A DNA stretch of 64,000 nt from an uncultured Planctomycetaceae bacterium (lineage in GTDB: Bacteria > Planctomycetota > Planctomycetia > Planctomycetales > Planctomycetaceae). How positions within the stretch are numbered: position 1 is the first letter of the stretch; each line of letters begins with the position of its first letter. This document shows positions 49,081-59,802 of this stretch, piece by piece. The notes under the pieces were generated by a model. That model had not been told where the DNA came from, ran no database searches, and saw nothing but the letters and a program-made list of their open reading frames with translations. A program made the position numbers and the translations under genes. The stretch lies in NCBI GenBank assembly GCA_963815195.1, contig CAWFGE010000022.1, positions 288,001 through 352,000 of the forward strand, written 5' to 3'.

Positions 49081-50022
49081 ATGTTTTCGAAACATCGTCA
49101 TCGTGGATTTACGCTCATTGAACTTTTGGTGGTGATCGCGATTATTGCGATCTTAATTGCCCTGTTGTTGCCGGCGGTGCAGCAAGCCCGGGAGGCCGCC
49201 CGCCGCTCCACCTGCAAAAACAACCTCAAGCAGTTGGGGTTGGCCATGCACAACTACCACGAAACCTACAAAATGTTTCCGCCGGACAACACCTTCACCC
49301 GCGGGAAGATCGGGACGAGCAGCATCGAAGCCTGGGGCTGGGGAACGTATTTGCTGCCGTTCCTGGACCAGGCGCCGCTGTTTAAGAATATGGGGGTCAG
49401 CAGTCGCACGCTCGATAAAATGCTCGGCACCTCGGCCAAGACCTACGCCCAGACCAGCCTGCCCGTCTTCCTCTGCCCGTCCGACGATTCCCAGGTTCTC
49501 AATCTCAAGCGCGCGTTCAATAACAATTTCCATGTCGCGACTTCCAACTACGTCGCCAATCACGGTTGCCGCTGGAGCCAGCCCGACCAGCGAAATCGCG
49601 ATCCGATGGGAATATTCAATGTGACGCCCAACCCCATCCGCCTCCGGGACATCACCGACGGCCCGAGCAATACGATTGCCATCGGCGAGCGGGCTTATAA
49701 TCCCTGCAAGGCGGCGGTCTGGGTGGGCACGCGAAACTACAACGGGAACGGCGACATCGGAAACCGCCACCACCTGGCGGTTGTCCAGGGCAGCAATACG
49801 CGGATCAACAGCCCCAACGCCGGCGGCTGCCGCGAATCGTTCAACAGCAAACACGTGGGCGGGGCCCAGTTCCTGTTCTGCGACGGCCGGGTCCAGTTCC
49901 TCAGCGAGAACATCAATTTCCGCAACCAAAACCGCTGCGCGACCAATGCCAACGCGGCCAACATGGGCATTTACCAGCGGCTGATCCACCGCAAGGAAGG
50001 CCAGGTGGTCGGGCAGTACTGA
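49081..50022 (+). CDS. DUF1559 (SBP_bac_10) protein with prepilin-type N-terminal cleavage/methylation motif
   Basis: [77 protein letters not shown]. Confidence 0.96.
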   Translation: MFSKHRHRGFTLIELLVVIAIIAILIALLLPAVQQAREAARRSTCKNNLKQLGLAMHNYHETYKMFPPDNTFTRGKIGTSSIEAWGWGTYLLPFLDQAPLFKNMGVSSRTLDKMLGTSAKTYAQTSLPVFLCPSDDSQVLNLKRAFNNNFHVATSNYVANHGCRWSQPDQRNRDPMGIFNVTPNPIRLRDITDGPSNTIAIGERAYNPCKAAVWVGTRNYNGNGDIGNRHHLAVVQGSNTRINSPNAGGCRESFNSKHVGGAQFLFCDGRVQFLSENINFRNQNRCATNANAANMGIYQRLIHRKEGQVVGQY

Positions 50023-50056
50023 TCCGGCTTGCGCTGCCTGCCGGCAAGTTAATAAC

Positions 50057-50091
50057 ACGGAAACCCCGCTTCACTTCAGCGGGGTTTCCGT
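50057..50091 (+). terminator. Strong hairpin after the DUF1559 gene
   Basis: ACGGAAACCCCGCT-7 nt-AGCGGGGTTTCCGT. Confidence 0.65.
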
Positions 50092-50131
50092 TGCTTGAGC
50101 ATTTCTTCAGTTTCGCTTTTAAGGATTCATC

Positions 50132-50656
50132 ATGCGTAGCATACTTGATTCGCACTCGTCGTCCGTGTGTGCCGTGGCCTGGTTGTTTTTGGCGTTTTTT
50201 TTGAGCGGATGCGGAAGCAGCGGACCGCAGTTCAGCTCCGTGGAGGGCACGGTCACGCTCGATGGAAAACCCCTTCCCCACGCCCAAGTCGTGTTTCAGC
50301 CCACCGGCGAAACGAAAGAAAAAGGCGGCCCCTCGCAAGCCACTACGGACGAAAACGGCTATTACGACCTGCAATACACGCTCAACCAATCCGGGGCCCT
50401 CGTGGGCAAGCACATCGTGAGCATCAAGACCGGCGGAATCACCTATGACGAAAACGACAACGAAGTCAAAAACCCCGAAAAGGTGCCCGCCCGCTACAAT
50501 GTCTACGCCGACGGCACAAAGGAGATGAACGTGGAGGTGGAATCTGGAGGCAACACGCTGGATTTCGAACTGACCTCCGACGGCGACATCGTGGAACTCA
50601 AAGACGGCGAAGTCGACCCGAACAGCGGTGCGGGGGACGGCGGTTGCGTCTATTGA
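50132..50656 (+). CDS. Carboxypeptidase-regulatory-like (transthyretin-fold) lipoprotein, typical DUF1559 partner
   Basis: Lipobox LSGCG, VEGTVTLDGKPL, TTDENGYY, GALVGKHIVSI, VPARYN. Confidence 0.88.
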   Translation: MRSILDSHSSSVCAVAWLFLAFFLSGCGSSGPQFSSVEGTVTLDGKPLPHAQVVFQPTGETKEKGGPSQATTDENGYYDLQYTLNQSGALVGKHIVSIKTGGITYDENDNEVKNPEKVPARYNVYADGTKEMNVEVESGGNTLDFELTSDGDIVELKDGEVDPNSGAGDGGCVY

Positions 50657-50748
50657 CGACCGCTTCCCGTGCACCGGCGGAGTGGACACGGCCGGTTTTT
50701 TCCGGTTATCGTTGAGGAGTCCTTCATTTCCTGTTGAAAGGCTCCGAG

Positions 50749-52014
50749 ATGTCAGAATTCAGCCGCCGTCGTTTTTTGGGAATGTCCCTCGCCGGGATGG
50801 GAGCCGCCAACTTCGGTTGGCCGCTGTCCGCTGGAAGAGTTTCCGCCGAAGATACAAACGCCCCCGACCGCGGAAAGTCGTTCGATTCTCTGTTCCTCAC
50901 CTGGCGAGAGGATCCGACGACGACCATTATGATTCAATGGGTCGCGGGCGGGTCCCAAACAGTCCCGGCGGTCAGTTACCGCCCGAAGCAAGGCCAGGTC
51001 TGGCAGACCGCGAAAGTGGTCCAAAAACCTTTTCCGGGAACCGACCTTAAGGTTTATCGCAGCGAACTCACGGGACTGGCGCCCGGAACGGAGTATGCGT
51101 TTCAAATTGGATCCGCTTCGCCGGAATTCCGCTTCCGCACGATGCCCGCCAAGGCGACGGACGAGTTTACGTTTGTGACGGGAGGCGACGCCGGGACCGG
51201 GAGCGCCGCGGTCAATTCCAATCGTCTCGCCGCCCGGCAGGATCCGTCGTTCGTCGTCATCGCGGGCGACGTGGCTTATGACAACGGCCGCTCGCCGGCG
51301 ACGTTTTTGAAATTCCTCAAAAACTATCACGAGACGATGACGGATTCGAAAGGCCGGCTGATTCCGCTCGTGACCTGCCTGGGAAACCACGAAGTCGACG
51401 GCGGCTACAACGGCACCCGCGACAAGGCGGCGAGTTTTCTGTCCGTGTTCGACGGCTTCTATCACGAAACGAGCTACGGCGTTTTGGACTTCGGCGATTA
51501 TTTGAGCCTGGTGCTGCTCGATTCGGGGCATCTCTCGCCCATCGCCGGGGCCCAAACGGATTGGCTCAAGAAAACGCTCGCCGAGCGCGAGGATCATCCG
51601 CACGTGTTCGCGCTCAACCACGTGCCCTGTTATCCCTCCTACCGGAACCCCTGGGGCAAAGATGGAAAAGGCGGCACCGGTGCGGACCAGCGGAAATACT
51701 GGTGCCCGCTGTTTGAACGCCACAAGGTGAACGTCGTCCTCGAGCACCACGACCACACCTTCAAACGCTCGCATCCGCTGACGGACGGGCGGATCGACGA
51801 GAAAAACGGCGTCCTGTATTTGGGCGACGGCTCGTGGGGCAAGATCCGTCCGCCCAAATCGCCGGAAGAAAGGCCTTATCTCGCCAAAGTCAGCGAGAGC
51901 TATCACGTCTCGATGCACCGCCTGGAAGGCGACCGCCGGTTTCACGTCGCGCTGACGGACTCCGGCAAAGTCGCCGACGTCGCGACCACCGTCAGCAAGC
52001 GGGCGGCGAGTTAA
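50749..52014 (+). CDS. Tat-exported metallophosphoesterase (purple acid phosphatase-like, N-terminal FN3)
   Basis: SRRRFL, GGD, AGDVAYDNG, LGNHE, HVPCYPS, EHHDHTFKR. Confidence 0.9.
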   Translation: MSEFSRRRFLGMSLAGMGAANFGWPLSAGRVSAEDTNAPDRGKSFDSLFLTWREDPTTTIMIQWVAGGSQTVPAVSYRPKQGQVWQTAKVVQKPFPGTDLKVYRSELTGLAPGTEYAFQIGSASPEFRFRTMPAKATDEFTFVTGGDAGTGSAAVNSNRLAARQDPSFVVIAGDVAYDNGRSPATFLKFLKNYHETMTDSKGRLIPLVTCLGNHEVDGGYNGTRDKAASFLSVFDGFYHETSYGVLDFGDYLSLVLLDSGHLSPIAGAQTDWLKKTLAEREDHPHVFALNHVPCYPSYRNPWGKDGKGGTGADQRKYWCPLFERHKVNVVLEHHDHTFKRSHPLTDGRIDEKNGVLYLGDGSWGKIRPPKSPEERPYLAKVSESYHVSMHRLEGDRRFHVALTDSGKVADVATTVSKRAAS

Positions 52015-52032
52015 GCGTCCGGTTTTCCCATA

Positions 52033-52063
52033 AACCGACGCTAGCGCCCTTGCGGCTAATGAA
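52033..52063. repeat. REP-like family D, diverged copy
   Basis: AAACCGACGCTAGCGCCCTTGCGGCTAATGAA. Confidence 0.7.
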
Positions 52064-52095
52064 ACGCCGTCACGGTTCAATGAATTGAATGATCG

Positions 52096-53487
52096 TTAAC
52101 GATCCTCGGGAAAGGCGGCACGTTCGGGATAATCGAACATCCGCCGATCGCGCGACGGCATGCTTCCCGACGCCGGGCGAATGGGGTTGCCCTCATCGTC
52201 CGCGCGGAATGGACGGGCGTTCGGAAACGGGTTTCTTTCAGAACCGGGAGCGGGCAGGAACATTGCGGGGGCTTCGTCCGGATCGAACCACTCCGGCGGC
52301 CGAGATAGCGCCCTCACCGGGATGGGAAACGCTTGAGCCGGCGCGTTGACCTGGTGCTCGCGGCCGGGCGGTTTGATTGCGGGCAGGTTCAGCGTGACGC
52401 AGTGCACCGCGCCGCCGAGTTGGATGAGCTTCGTGCAATCGATGCCTTTGACTTCCCAACCGGGCAGCAGCCGGCGGTAGGTGTCCGCGGCGAGGGTTTC
52501 CATCCGCGGATCGACGCCCCCATAGCGGGGCATCATCACGAGGCCGTTGATGTAGAGCACGTTGGTATAAGACCGCCAGAGTTCTTCGTCGCGGGCGGGC
52601 ATGGGAATCCTTTCGACCCGCAATCGTCCCCGGGGCGTCGTCAGCCCGGCGAGCGTTTTCGCGTTGCGGTCCAACACCGCGGCATTGACCGGATCGTCCT
52701 TGGGGTCGATACTGGCGACGATGACGGTGTCGGGAGATGTGAACGTCGCGAACATATCCACATGCCCGGTCGGCTCGCCGATCAAAGGCTCTAAGACCGC
52801 GATCTCCCGGCATTGGAACAGCCGTTTCATCAGGGGCTCGATCTGCTCCTGTTGATAGCCGCGGAGCACGTTGTCCGCGAGGCTTTTGCTGGTCGTCACG
52901 CATAACCCGGCCCCGTTGGAGAGCAGGTTCCCGCCTTCGATCGTCAATAGCGAGCGGATGCATCTCGCCCCCATCGCGCCGGCGAGCAGCGGGGGGATGT
53001 TGTCGTCCTGCGGACGGCCGCCGGTGTCGTAATCGCTGTCGACAAAATGGGCGGACCCGTCGGAGTTCCGCACCACGACCGGGCCGAAGTCCCGAGCCCA
53101 GATCGTATCCGCCGGGGCTTCCAAAAACCGCATCTGCCCGCGGGCGACCTTGGCAGCGGCAAAGGCCACCTCCGCATGCTGGCGTTCCTGGGGCGAACCG
53201 ACCAACACCACGACCGGGGCTTTTTTGGCGGCATGGGCGCCGATTTCCAAGAGCGTCCCCAGGATGGGCAATTCCTCGGACTTCCAACTCAAGACGAGCG
53301 CCGCCTGCCGCTCAAACTCGCCGGGAATCCCGACGGCTTTGGAGCCGTCCGCTGGTTTTTCCGGGGCTCCGCCGCTTCGCGACCAATCCCCGGCTTGGGC
53401 CGTCGAACCAATCTCTCCCGCGATCAGACATCCCAGCGCCAACACCACACATCGGCAAAAACCGATGGACGCCAACACCTTCGCCAT
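52096..53487 (-). CDS. Agmatine deiminase / PAD_porph family protein with signal peptide
   Basis: PGEFE, IWARDFGP, IEGGN, TGHVDMF, SYTN, GGAVHCVT catalytic motifs. Confidence 0.9.
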   Translation of the reverse strand: MAKVLASIGFCRCVVLALGCLIAGEIGSTAQAGDWSRSGGAPEKPADGSKAVGIPGEFERQAALVLSWKSEELPILGTLLEIGAHAAKKAPVVVLVGSPQERQHAEVAFAAAKVARGQMRFLEAPADTIWARDFGPVVVRNSDGSAHFVDSDYDTGGRPQDDNIPPLLAGAMGARCIRSLLTIEGGNLLSNGAGLCVTTSKSLADNVLRGYQQEQIEPLMKRLFQCREIAVLEPLIGEPTGHVDMFATFTSPDTVIVASIDPKDDPVNAAVLDRNAKTLAGLTTPRGRLRVERIPMPARDEELWRSYTNVLYINGLVMMPRYGGVDPRMETLAADTYRRLLPGWEVKGIDCTKLIQLGGAVHCVTLNLPAIKPPGREHQVNAPAQAFPIPVRALSRPPEWFDPDEAPAMFLPAPGSERNPFPNARPFRADDEGNPIRPASGSMPSRDRRMFDYPERAAFPEDR

Positions 53488-53740
53488 ACAAAACCAAGCC
53501 CCAAACAGGGTGGGAAAAAAGAACACCGGCCCAAACCAGTTACTATTTTAACTCGACTGAGCAAAAACAGTTCCTGGGATTTTCCCAATTTTGCTCCGCC
53601 GGGCTTCTGCAGCGAAACATCGGCCGAAACCTGGACGGGGATTCGGCATTACGCGGCGTGCTTCCCCAAACTGCCTGTTTTCCGGGCAGCATGGCTCGCG
53701 CACGGGCGGCGCCGGTGTTATCCCAAAAGCGGCCGGGGGG

Positions 53741-56533
53741 TCAATTGCGGGTCTGGAGATCGGATTTTCTGACGTTGAACACAATCGGGCGGGAGGCCTG
53801 GTTGCCGGCCCCTTTGGCGACGGCGTCGATCAGGCGCGTGGTTTCCGGGACCCAGTCGGCGGCGGTGAGAAAAATCTGCCGCTCGGTTTCGCCTTCGCGG
53901 ATCAACACCCCGCTAAGGCCGATGTTGTCCACGATCACGCCGTGGGGCAGGTTGTCCACGTCGAACTTGAGTTCCCCATCGAAGCCGTTCCGCTCGATGG
54001 TGAGCATCGCCGTCATGGTTTCGCCGGGGGCCAGGGTCAATTCGCCGGAGGGGCCTTTCGGCGGGGCTTTGGGGTCCGGCGCGAGGAAGACCAGCACCTT
54101 GGGTTTGGGGCCGAGCTTGATGTGCCCGAGGCTCCCGACGTTTTGGGTGACGGTTTTGCCGCCGATGTTCGCGGTCGCCGTGATCTGGACCCGATCCCAC
54201 GCCGACTTGTCGAGCTTCTTTGCATCCGGGGCTGCGTGAATCACGCCCTCGGCTTCCAGGTGACCGGCTTCCACCACAATCGGCGACGAGACGACGTAAC
54301 CATCCGGCACGTTTTCGATCTCGACCTTCACGGGGCCTCTGAAATTGTCGATCCGGGTGAGATTGACCTTCAATTGTTGGCCGCTGCCCGCGGGGATCGT
54401 GGCATTCGTGCCGCCGAGCGCCACGCGGAAACCCGGCCGCGGCGGGCGGATCGTCAGCGAATACCGGAAGTTCTCGCCCCCGAAGCCCCTGACATCCGTG
54501 ACCCGCACCACGTACCGGCTGGTGTTCGGCGCGGTGAAGGTCAGCCGCGAGTCGGTGCCCAGCTTGCGCTCGGCGTCATCGTCGTTCGCATACTCTACCG
54601 CAAATACCGGCAGGCCGTTGTCGATCAACTTCGTGCCCGGGGCGTAGGGTTCCACAATATACACCGGCTCGCCCAGGGCGTGGATCGTCGCACTTGTGTC
54701 GAAATACAGCCGCCGTTTGCCCGCGGTTTTGTAGAACAGGAACGCGGAATCCGGTCCCTGCGGCATGCGGAACAACTTGGTGACTTCACCCGCCAGGTAC
54801 ATGTATTGGTTGAGTTGCATTTCCTCCCAGTTCGTGACCCGCACCTGATCCTGCGTGGAATCGATCGGCCGGAACGTGATCGAAGAATCCCGCACCGCCC
54901 GTAAGAGCACCCGCTCGACGGGCTGGCCGTCCTCGTGCAGCACGACAATTTCGGTGTCGGCCGGGGAACCGCTTTGGCAGGCGTTGGTTTCGATGATCCA
55001 GGTCTCGCCCTGTTTCGCTTCAAACTGATAAAAGTCCGCATCCTGCGATTGCCCTTTCGCCGGCTTTAGCACGCCCGCCGCTGTCCCCGGCACCGAAAGC
55101 GGCACCGCTTGCTTGGGCGTATCGTTGGGCTCGGTTTCCCGAATCTCCGCCACCGCGGGCCAATGCCCGTCCAGAGCGGCAACATGCCCCGGTTCCCGCG
55201 TCAGCGGTTTCGCCGTCTGGGCACCTGATGTCTTTGTCTGGAGCGGGACGTTCGTTAGCGAACCGTCCAGCCGGCCGATGAAGAACTCGGAATTGTCCGC
55301 CGCCACCGCGAGGGCCGCGGGCCAGTCGGATTGGTTCTTCAACGTTTTTTGCAGGGTGAAGGTTTTCGTGTCCCAGAGCTTGATCGTGCGGTCTTCGCTC
55401 GATGAAATCAGCCGGCCGTCGTCCGGCGAAAACACCAGCCGAAGGATCGGAGCTTCGTGGGCGAAGCGGGTGTAAAGCAGGCGGTTGGTCCCGGCTTTTG
55501 CGGTCTTGCTGATCCGCCAAATGCGAATCCGGTGATCGACGCCCCCCGCCGCGAGCAGCCGGCCGTCCCCGCGGAAGGCGACGGTGTATTGGTCTTTCTC
55601 CGGCTCGCTGAAGGTTTCCAGGCGTTCTCCGGTTTGGACGTTCCAGAGTTTGACCGTGCGGTCGCCGCTGGCACTCGCGAGGATGGTTCCCTGGGGATGA
55701 AACGCCAGATCGAACACCGGTCCGTTGTGCCCCGTGAGTTCCCGCAGCGTTTTTCCGGATGCCAGATTCCAGATGAGAATTTTTTGATCGTAACTTCCCG
55801 TGGCGAGGGTTTTGCCGTCGGGGCTGATGGCGACCGCGAATAAGTTGTCACCATGTCCGCGGAGCGTGGCTGTTCGTTTCCAAGCATCCGTTTCCCACAG
55901 CGTGACTTCGCCGAACAGCCCGGCTTCGCCCGCAGCGACCGCCAGGAGTTTCCCGTCCGCGGAGAACGCCAAATCGTTGATGTGCCCGGTGTGGCCGGTC
56001 AATGTCCGCAGAAGTTTTTGAGAATCGCCCGCGTGGATTTCGACCTGTCCATACCGCCCGACCGCGAGCCAGCGGCCGTCCGGCGAAGCCGCGAGGGAGT
56101 TCACAGGCTTTCGAACCAACGCGGTGGGTTTGATGTGGGGCGTCACCAGAACGGAAGCGATTTCCTCGCCGTTCTTGGGACCCGGAGCCCCGGCTTTGAA
56201 CCAGGCGGTCACGAGTGCGAGTTCTTTTTCCGTGGGGCCTTCGTTGCCTTCGGGCGGCATTGCGGGCTTGGATTTTCCGGTGAGAACGCCCAGCAGCCGA
56301 CTGCCTTCCGGCTTGCCGAGTTCCAGGACTTTTCCGTTTTCGCCGCCGCGCAACAGCCCCGCATAGGAGTTGAGTGTCAAGCCGCCTTCGCGGTCCGTGG
56401 GATTATGGCAGCCCACGCAATACTTCTGAAAGATCGGAGCGACCTGGGCAAAGCCGGGGTCCTGGGCTTCCTCCCCCAAAGCGGAACCGCAAAACGCGAG
56501 CACCAAACCAAACGTGAAACAACGTGCGGACAT
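53741..56533 (-). CDS. Planctomycete cytochrome c + WD40 + pre-peptidase C-terminal-like domain protein
   Basis: Signal, YCVGCH heme motif, MPP, multiple GH...WD repeats, ETEPNDT, ANDDD. Confidence 0.88.
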   Translation of the reverse strand: MSARCFTFGLVLAFCGSALGEEAQDPGFAQVAPIFQKYCVGCHNPTDREGGLTLNSYAGLLRGGENGKVLELGKPEGSRLLGVLTGKSKPAMPPEGNEGPTEKELALVTAWFKAGAPGPKNGEEIASVLVTPHIKPTALVRKPVNSLAASPDGRWLAVGRYGQVEIHAGDSQKLLRTLTGHTGHINDLAFSADGKLLAVAAGEAGLFGEVTLWETDAWKRTATLRGHGDNLFAVAISPDGKTLATGSYDQKILIWNLASGKTLRELTGHNGPVFDLAFHPQGTILASASGDRTVKLWNVQTGERLETFSEPEKDQYTVAFRGDGRLLAAGGVDHRIRIWRISKTAKAGTNRLLYTRFAHEAPILRLVFSPDDGRLISSSEDRTIKLWDTKTFTLQKTLKNQSDWPAALAVAADNSEFFIGRLDGSLTNVPLQTKTSGAQTAKPLTREPGHVAALDGHWPAVAEIRETEPNDTPKQAVPLSVPGTAAGVLKPAKGQSQDADFYQFEAKQGETWIIETNACQSGSPADTEIVVLHEDGQPVERVLLRAVRDSSITFRPIDSTQDQVRVTNWEEMQLNQYMYLAGEVTKLFRMPQGPDSAFLFYKTAGKRRLYFDTSATIHALGEPVYIVEPYAPGTKLIDNGLPVFAVEYANDDDAERKLGTDSRLTFTAPNTSRYVVRVTDVRGFGGENFRYSLTIRPPRPGFRVALGGTNATIPAGSGQQLKVNLTRIDNFRGPVKVEIENVPDGYVVSSPIVVEAGHLEAEGVIHAAPDAKKLDKSAWDRVQITATANIGGKTVTQNVGSLGHIKLGPKPKVLVFLAPDPKAPPKGPSGELTLAPGETMTAMLTIERNGFDGELKFDVDNLPHGVIVDNIGLSGVLIREGETERQIFLTAADWVPETTRLIDAVAKGAGNQASRPIVFNVRKSDLQTRN

Positions 56534-56824
56534 CAGCCAACTCCGAAGAACGGGACCACGGCAGTGGGGTTTTGCCGGTAAGATTCTCCTTCAGTATTCC
56601 GTGAGAACCCTTCGCTTTCAAGCGCGGCGAAAAACGGGTCGCCGCACGACGAAAGAAGATGGGGTCACGAAACACACGACCTGTGCTATGAGCAACTGGA
56701 TGTGAGCGACGGTGCTTCACACGTTGCCTGTGCGTTAGGTGAACAACCGCCGCCTACACGTGAAAGACGAAACTTCCTATAAAGCGACACTGTAAACAAT
56801 AGCCCACTCCACGGATGAGTCTCC

Positions 56825-57706
56825 GTGCGTCGATTCTTGATTGACTATGCCCTGATCCTTCTTGCTGGCATCTTGTACGCCATCGCTCTGAAGTACTTTG
56901 TGCTTCCATCCAAAGTCATCCTGACAGGAACGGAAGGCATTGCCACGGCACTCTCGTATTATTTCGAGAGTTACTGGCTCTTCATCGGGCTCTATCTGCT
57001 GTTTCAGTCGGCGTTGCTGGCCTTCGCGTTCGCACGGGTGGGCCGAGTGTTTGCGCAGCGCTCCCTTCTGGTCGTTGGCACCGTCGTTGTGGGACTCGCC
57101 GTGCTGCCTGAGTTACAATTCGCGCAGCCAGAACCTCAAAACGAGCGAATCATATTAGTTCTGTTTGGCGGCCTCCTTGCGGGTGTTGCCAAGGCACTCG
57201 CTTTCACAAACCGTGGCTCCACCGGCGACGAGGACATCCTTGGGGCGTATCTTGCCGTCAAATACCTGAAGCCCGTCGGCTCAATCGCCATTTTTGCCGC
57301 CATCGGGTCAACGGCCTTCGGGCTTGTGATGGATCTCATAAAAAACGGGCAATTTGAATCGGTCGTCAACACACTGATGTATACGTGCATTTACATATTC
57401 GCGTCTGCCGAGACGCTCAATAACCTATATCGCAAATTCAAGATCACGATGCTCGTGATTATCACGCGCCGCGAAAAAGAAGTCGGCGCTGCAATTACAA
57501 CAACATCCGCACATCGTACATACACAACGCATCAAGGCACCGGCGGCCGCAGCGGCGAGACATTTCTCGTTGTCCGGACGATCATCACGCACGAAGAGCT
57601 ACCTCAAGTGATTGCCGCAATACAATCCGCCGATTCCGACTGTTTTTATTACTATCACGACGTCGAGGGCATATCTGGCCGTTACTACATCGCACCGATT
57701 GGATGA
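56825..57706 (+). CDS. YitT family membrane protein (C-terminal DUF2179-like domain)
   Basis: FVLPSKVILTGTEGIA, several TM segments, GSTGDEDI, GTGGRSG, IQSADSDCF; lower GC. Confidence 0.85.
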   Translation: MRRFLIDYALILLAGILYAIALKYFVLPSKVILTGTEGIATALSYYFESYWLFIGLYLLFQSALLAFAFARVGRVFAQRSLLVVGTVVVGLAVLPELQFAQPEPQNERIILVLFGGLLAGVAKALAFTNRGSTGDEDILGAYLAVKYLKPVGSIAIFAAIGSTAFGLVMDLIKNGQFESVVNTLMYTCIYIFASAETLNNLYRKFKITMLVIITRREKEVGAAITTTSAHRTYTTHQGTGGRSGETFLVVRTIITHEELPQVIAAIQSADSDCFYYYHDVEGISGRYYIAPIG

Positions 57707-57731
57707 GTCTCTGGCGCACGGCGATTTTTTT

Positions 57732-57804
57732 CGTATCGGTGGCTTCCAGCCGCCGACTGGCACAACCTCCCGTAGATTTTCGGCGGCTATAAGCCACCGC
57801 TACG
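57732..57804. repeat. GTAG-type REP-like inverted pair
   Basis: CGTATCGGTGGCTTCCAGCCGCCGA / TCGGCGGCTATAAGCCACCGCTACG. Confidence 0.75.
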
Positions 57805-57992
57805 AACGCACCACACGTTGCCAGGCAGAGCCTGGTGAAAAGCTGCGGGCCCTTGAATGCCGGGGGGGAAGTTGTTATGAAAACGCCTGTGCTCAGGTTC
57901 CCGTGCGGTCGGCTTGCGCCCGGGACGAGAATCTTCGCTCAAATCACGCCATTTCAAAAACTTGCCCTTTTTACCGGATATTGGACTCGATC

Positions 57993-59024
57993 ATGCCTGT
58001 TGCCACGCCTCGTCAGTATGCCGCGATGTTGGATGCCGCCCAAGCGGGGAGTTACGCTTATCCGGCGATGAACGTAACGTCCCTGGTCACCATCAACGGG
58101 GCCCTCAAAGCGTTCGCCGACCAGAAATCGGACGGGATTATTCAGATTTCGACGGGCGGCGGGCAATTCGCGTCGGGGCTGTCCAACAACGATGCGGTGT
58201 TGGGGGCGATCGTCTTGGCGGACGCCGTGCACCGGTTGGCGGAGCGATACGATGTGTTGGTCGGCCTGCACACGGACCATTGTCAGCCCGGCAAGGTGGA
58301 TGGGTTTTTGAAGCCTTTGATCGCAGAGACCGCCCGCCGCCGGGAAGCCGGCCAGCCGAACTTGTTCCAATCGCACATGCTGGACGCTTCGGAACTCCCG
58401 TTGGCGGAGAACATCGCCCTCTCCAAGGACGTCCTCAAGCTGTGTGCGCAGAACGAAATTATTCTGGAAGTGGAAGCCGGCGTCGTCGGCGGCGAGGAAG
58501 ACGGCGTCGATCATTCCGACCAGCCCGCCGAAAAACTTTACACCTCGCCCGAAGACATGCTCGCGGTGTACGAAGCGCTCGAAGGCCTTGGCCGGTACAT
58601 GTTCGCGGCGACGTTCGGCAACGTGCACGGCCACTACAAACCCGGAGCCGTCAAACTCCGGCCGGACATTTTGAAGAAAGGCCAGGAAGCCGTCATCGCC
58701 AAGTACGGGGAGAAAGCGGAATTCGATCTGGTGTTCCACGGCGGTTCCGGGACGCCGGTGGAGGAAATCCGCGAAACGCTGGACTACGGCGTGGTGAAGA
58801 TGAACATCGACACGGACACGCAGTACGCCTTCACCCGCCCGATCGTCGATCACATTTTCACGAATTACGACGGGGTGCTGAAAATCGACGGCGAAATCGG
58901 CAACAAAAAAGCCTACGACCCGCGGAGCTACCTGAAAAAAGCCGAGGACGGCGTGGCCGTTCGGATGGCCCAAGCCTGCGACGACCTCCGTTCGAGCGGA
59001 AAAACGATCTTCGGCAAGGTTTAG
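57993..59024 (+). CDS. fbaA: Class II fructose-bisphosphate aldolase
   Basis: LHTDHC, FQSHMLDAS, GVVGGEEDG, TFGNVHG, VFHGGSG, GVVKMNIDTDTQYAF, NKKAYDPR. Confidence 0.97.
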   Translation: MPVATPRQYAAMLDAAQAGSYAYPAMNVTSLVTINGALKAFADQKSDGIIQISTGGGQFASGLSNNDAVLGAIVLADAVHRLAERYDVLVGLHTDHCQPGKVDGFLKPLIAETARRREAGQPNLFQSHMLDASELPLAENIALSKDVLKLCAQNEIILEVEAGVVGGEEDGVDHSDQPAEKLYTSPEDMLAVYEALEGLGRYMFAATFGNVHGHYKPGAVKLRPDILKKGQEAVIAKYGEKAEFDLVFHGGSGTPVEEIRETLDYGVVKMNIDTDTQYAFTRPIVDHIFTNYDGVLKIDGEIGNKKAYDPRSYLKKAEDGVAVRMAQACDDLRSSGKTIFGKV

Positions 59025-59072
59025 TGTTAAAAGGGATTTGGGATCCATCGTTTCTTTTGAAGGATCTCACTG

Positions 59073-59597
59073 ATGGAAAAACGCGAACGACGAGTTGCGA
59101 TTCGTATCTTGATGATATGCTTGTTCGCAGGGGGTCTCCTTTGGCTGCTGTTGCCTAGGCTACCTCGCACTTGCGAAATCCGGATTGATACAGGGGATCG
59201 TCGGTATCTCGTTCACGGGTTTCCGGTCGAGTATTACACAATGTCGGAGCATGCACGTTCCGCACTGATTTCCGCATCGGAACATTCACCGATTCTCAAG
59301 CCGAAGTGGGTCGAAATTCCCCTCTACTCGGCAAGCAACTCTGTCCCCTCCATGTGTGCGGGATTTTATTTGCGCGCCGCAGCCTGGTCAGGTGTTGATG
59401 AGCAGATTTTCAAAGCAGCCACGGAGAATGTAGCGCAATACATCGTCAAAACACGCGGCGACTTCGACCTCCCCGAAAGCTATTTGCTACTCAGTGTTAC
59501 GCATTGGGAAAACGGGAAGTATGTCGTAAACGAAGACTGGAACCAAGACGAAGCAGTTCGGTGCTACTTGAAACAAAAAGGTATTGATGTTGATTGA
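59073..59597 (+). CDS. Hypothetical protein with N-terminal membrane anchor, lower GC
   Basis: AAGGA RBS, 174-aa ORF filling the fbaA-rpsO gap. Confidence 0.65.
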   Translation: MEKRERRVAIRILMICLFAGGLLWLLLPRLPRTCEIRIDTGDRRYLVHGFPVEYYTMSEHARSALISASEHSPILKPKWVEIPLYSASNSVPSMCAGFYLRAAAWSGVDEQIFKAATENVAQYIVKTRGDFDLPESYLLLSVTHWENGKYVVNEDWNQDEAVRCYLKQKGIDVD

Positions 59598-59671
59598 GTG
59601 GAGACGGTTTGAGATTTAAGGCTGAAAAGTGAGAAAAAACAGAATTACACGGCGCCCAGCCTGCGGGGACA

Positions 59672-59699
59672 TTGCATATTTCCGCAGCCTTGCTAGAGT
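59672..59699 (+). promoter_or_regulatory. Candidate sigma70 promoter of rpsO-pnp
   Basis: TTGCAT-16 nt-TAGAGT with extended -10 TG. Confidence 0.5.
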
Positions 59700-59802
59700 A
59701 TTTTCCAAATTCAGTCCGAATTCACGACAAATCAGATCCAATTGGCAGCCGGCTTGGGAACGGGCGTTCCTGGGCGAAGTCTCACGGAGTCCGAACCAAA
59801 GT

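Noticed and set aside
56700..57720. YitT as an integron cassette (GTTAGGT upstream)
   Set aside because: No RYYYAAC or attC-like palindrome after the gene and no integrase.
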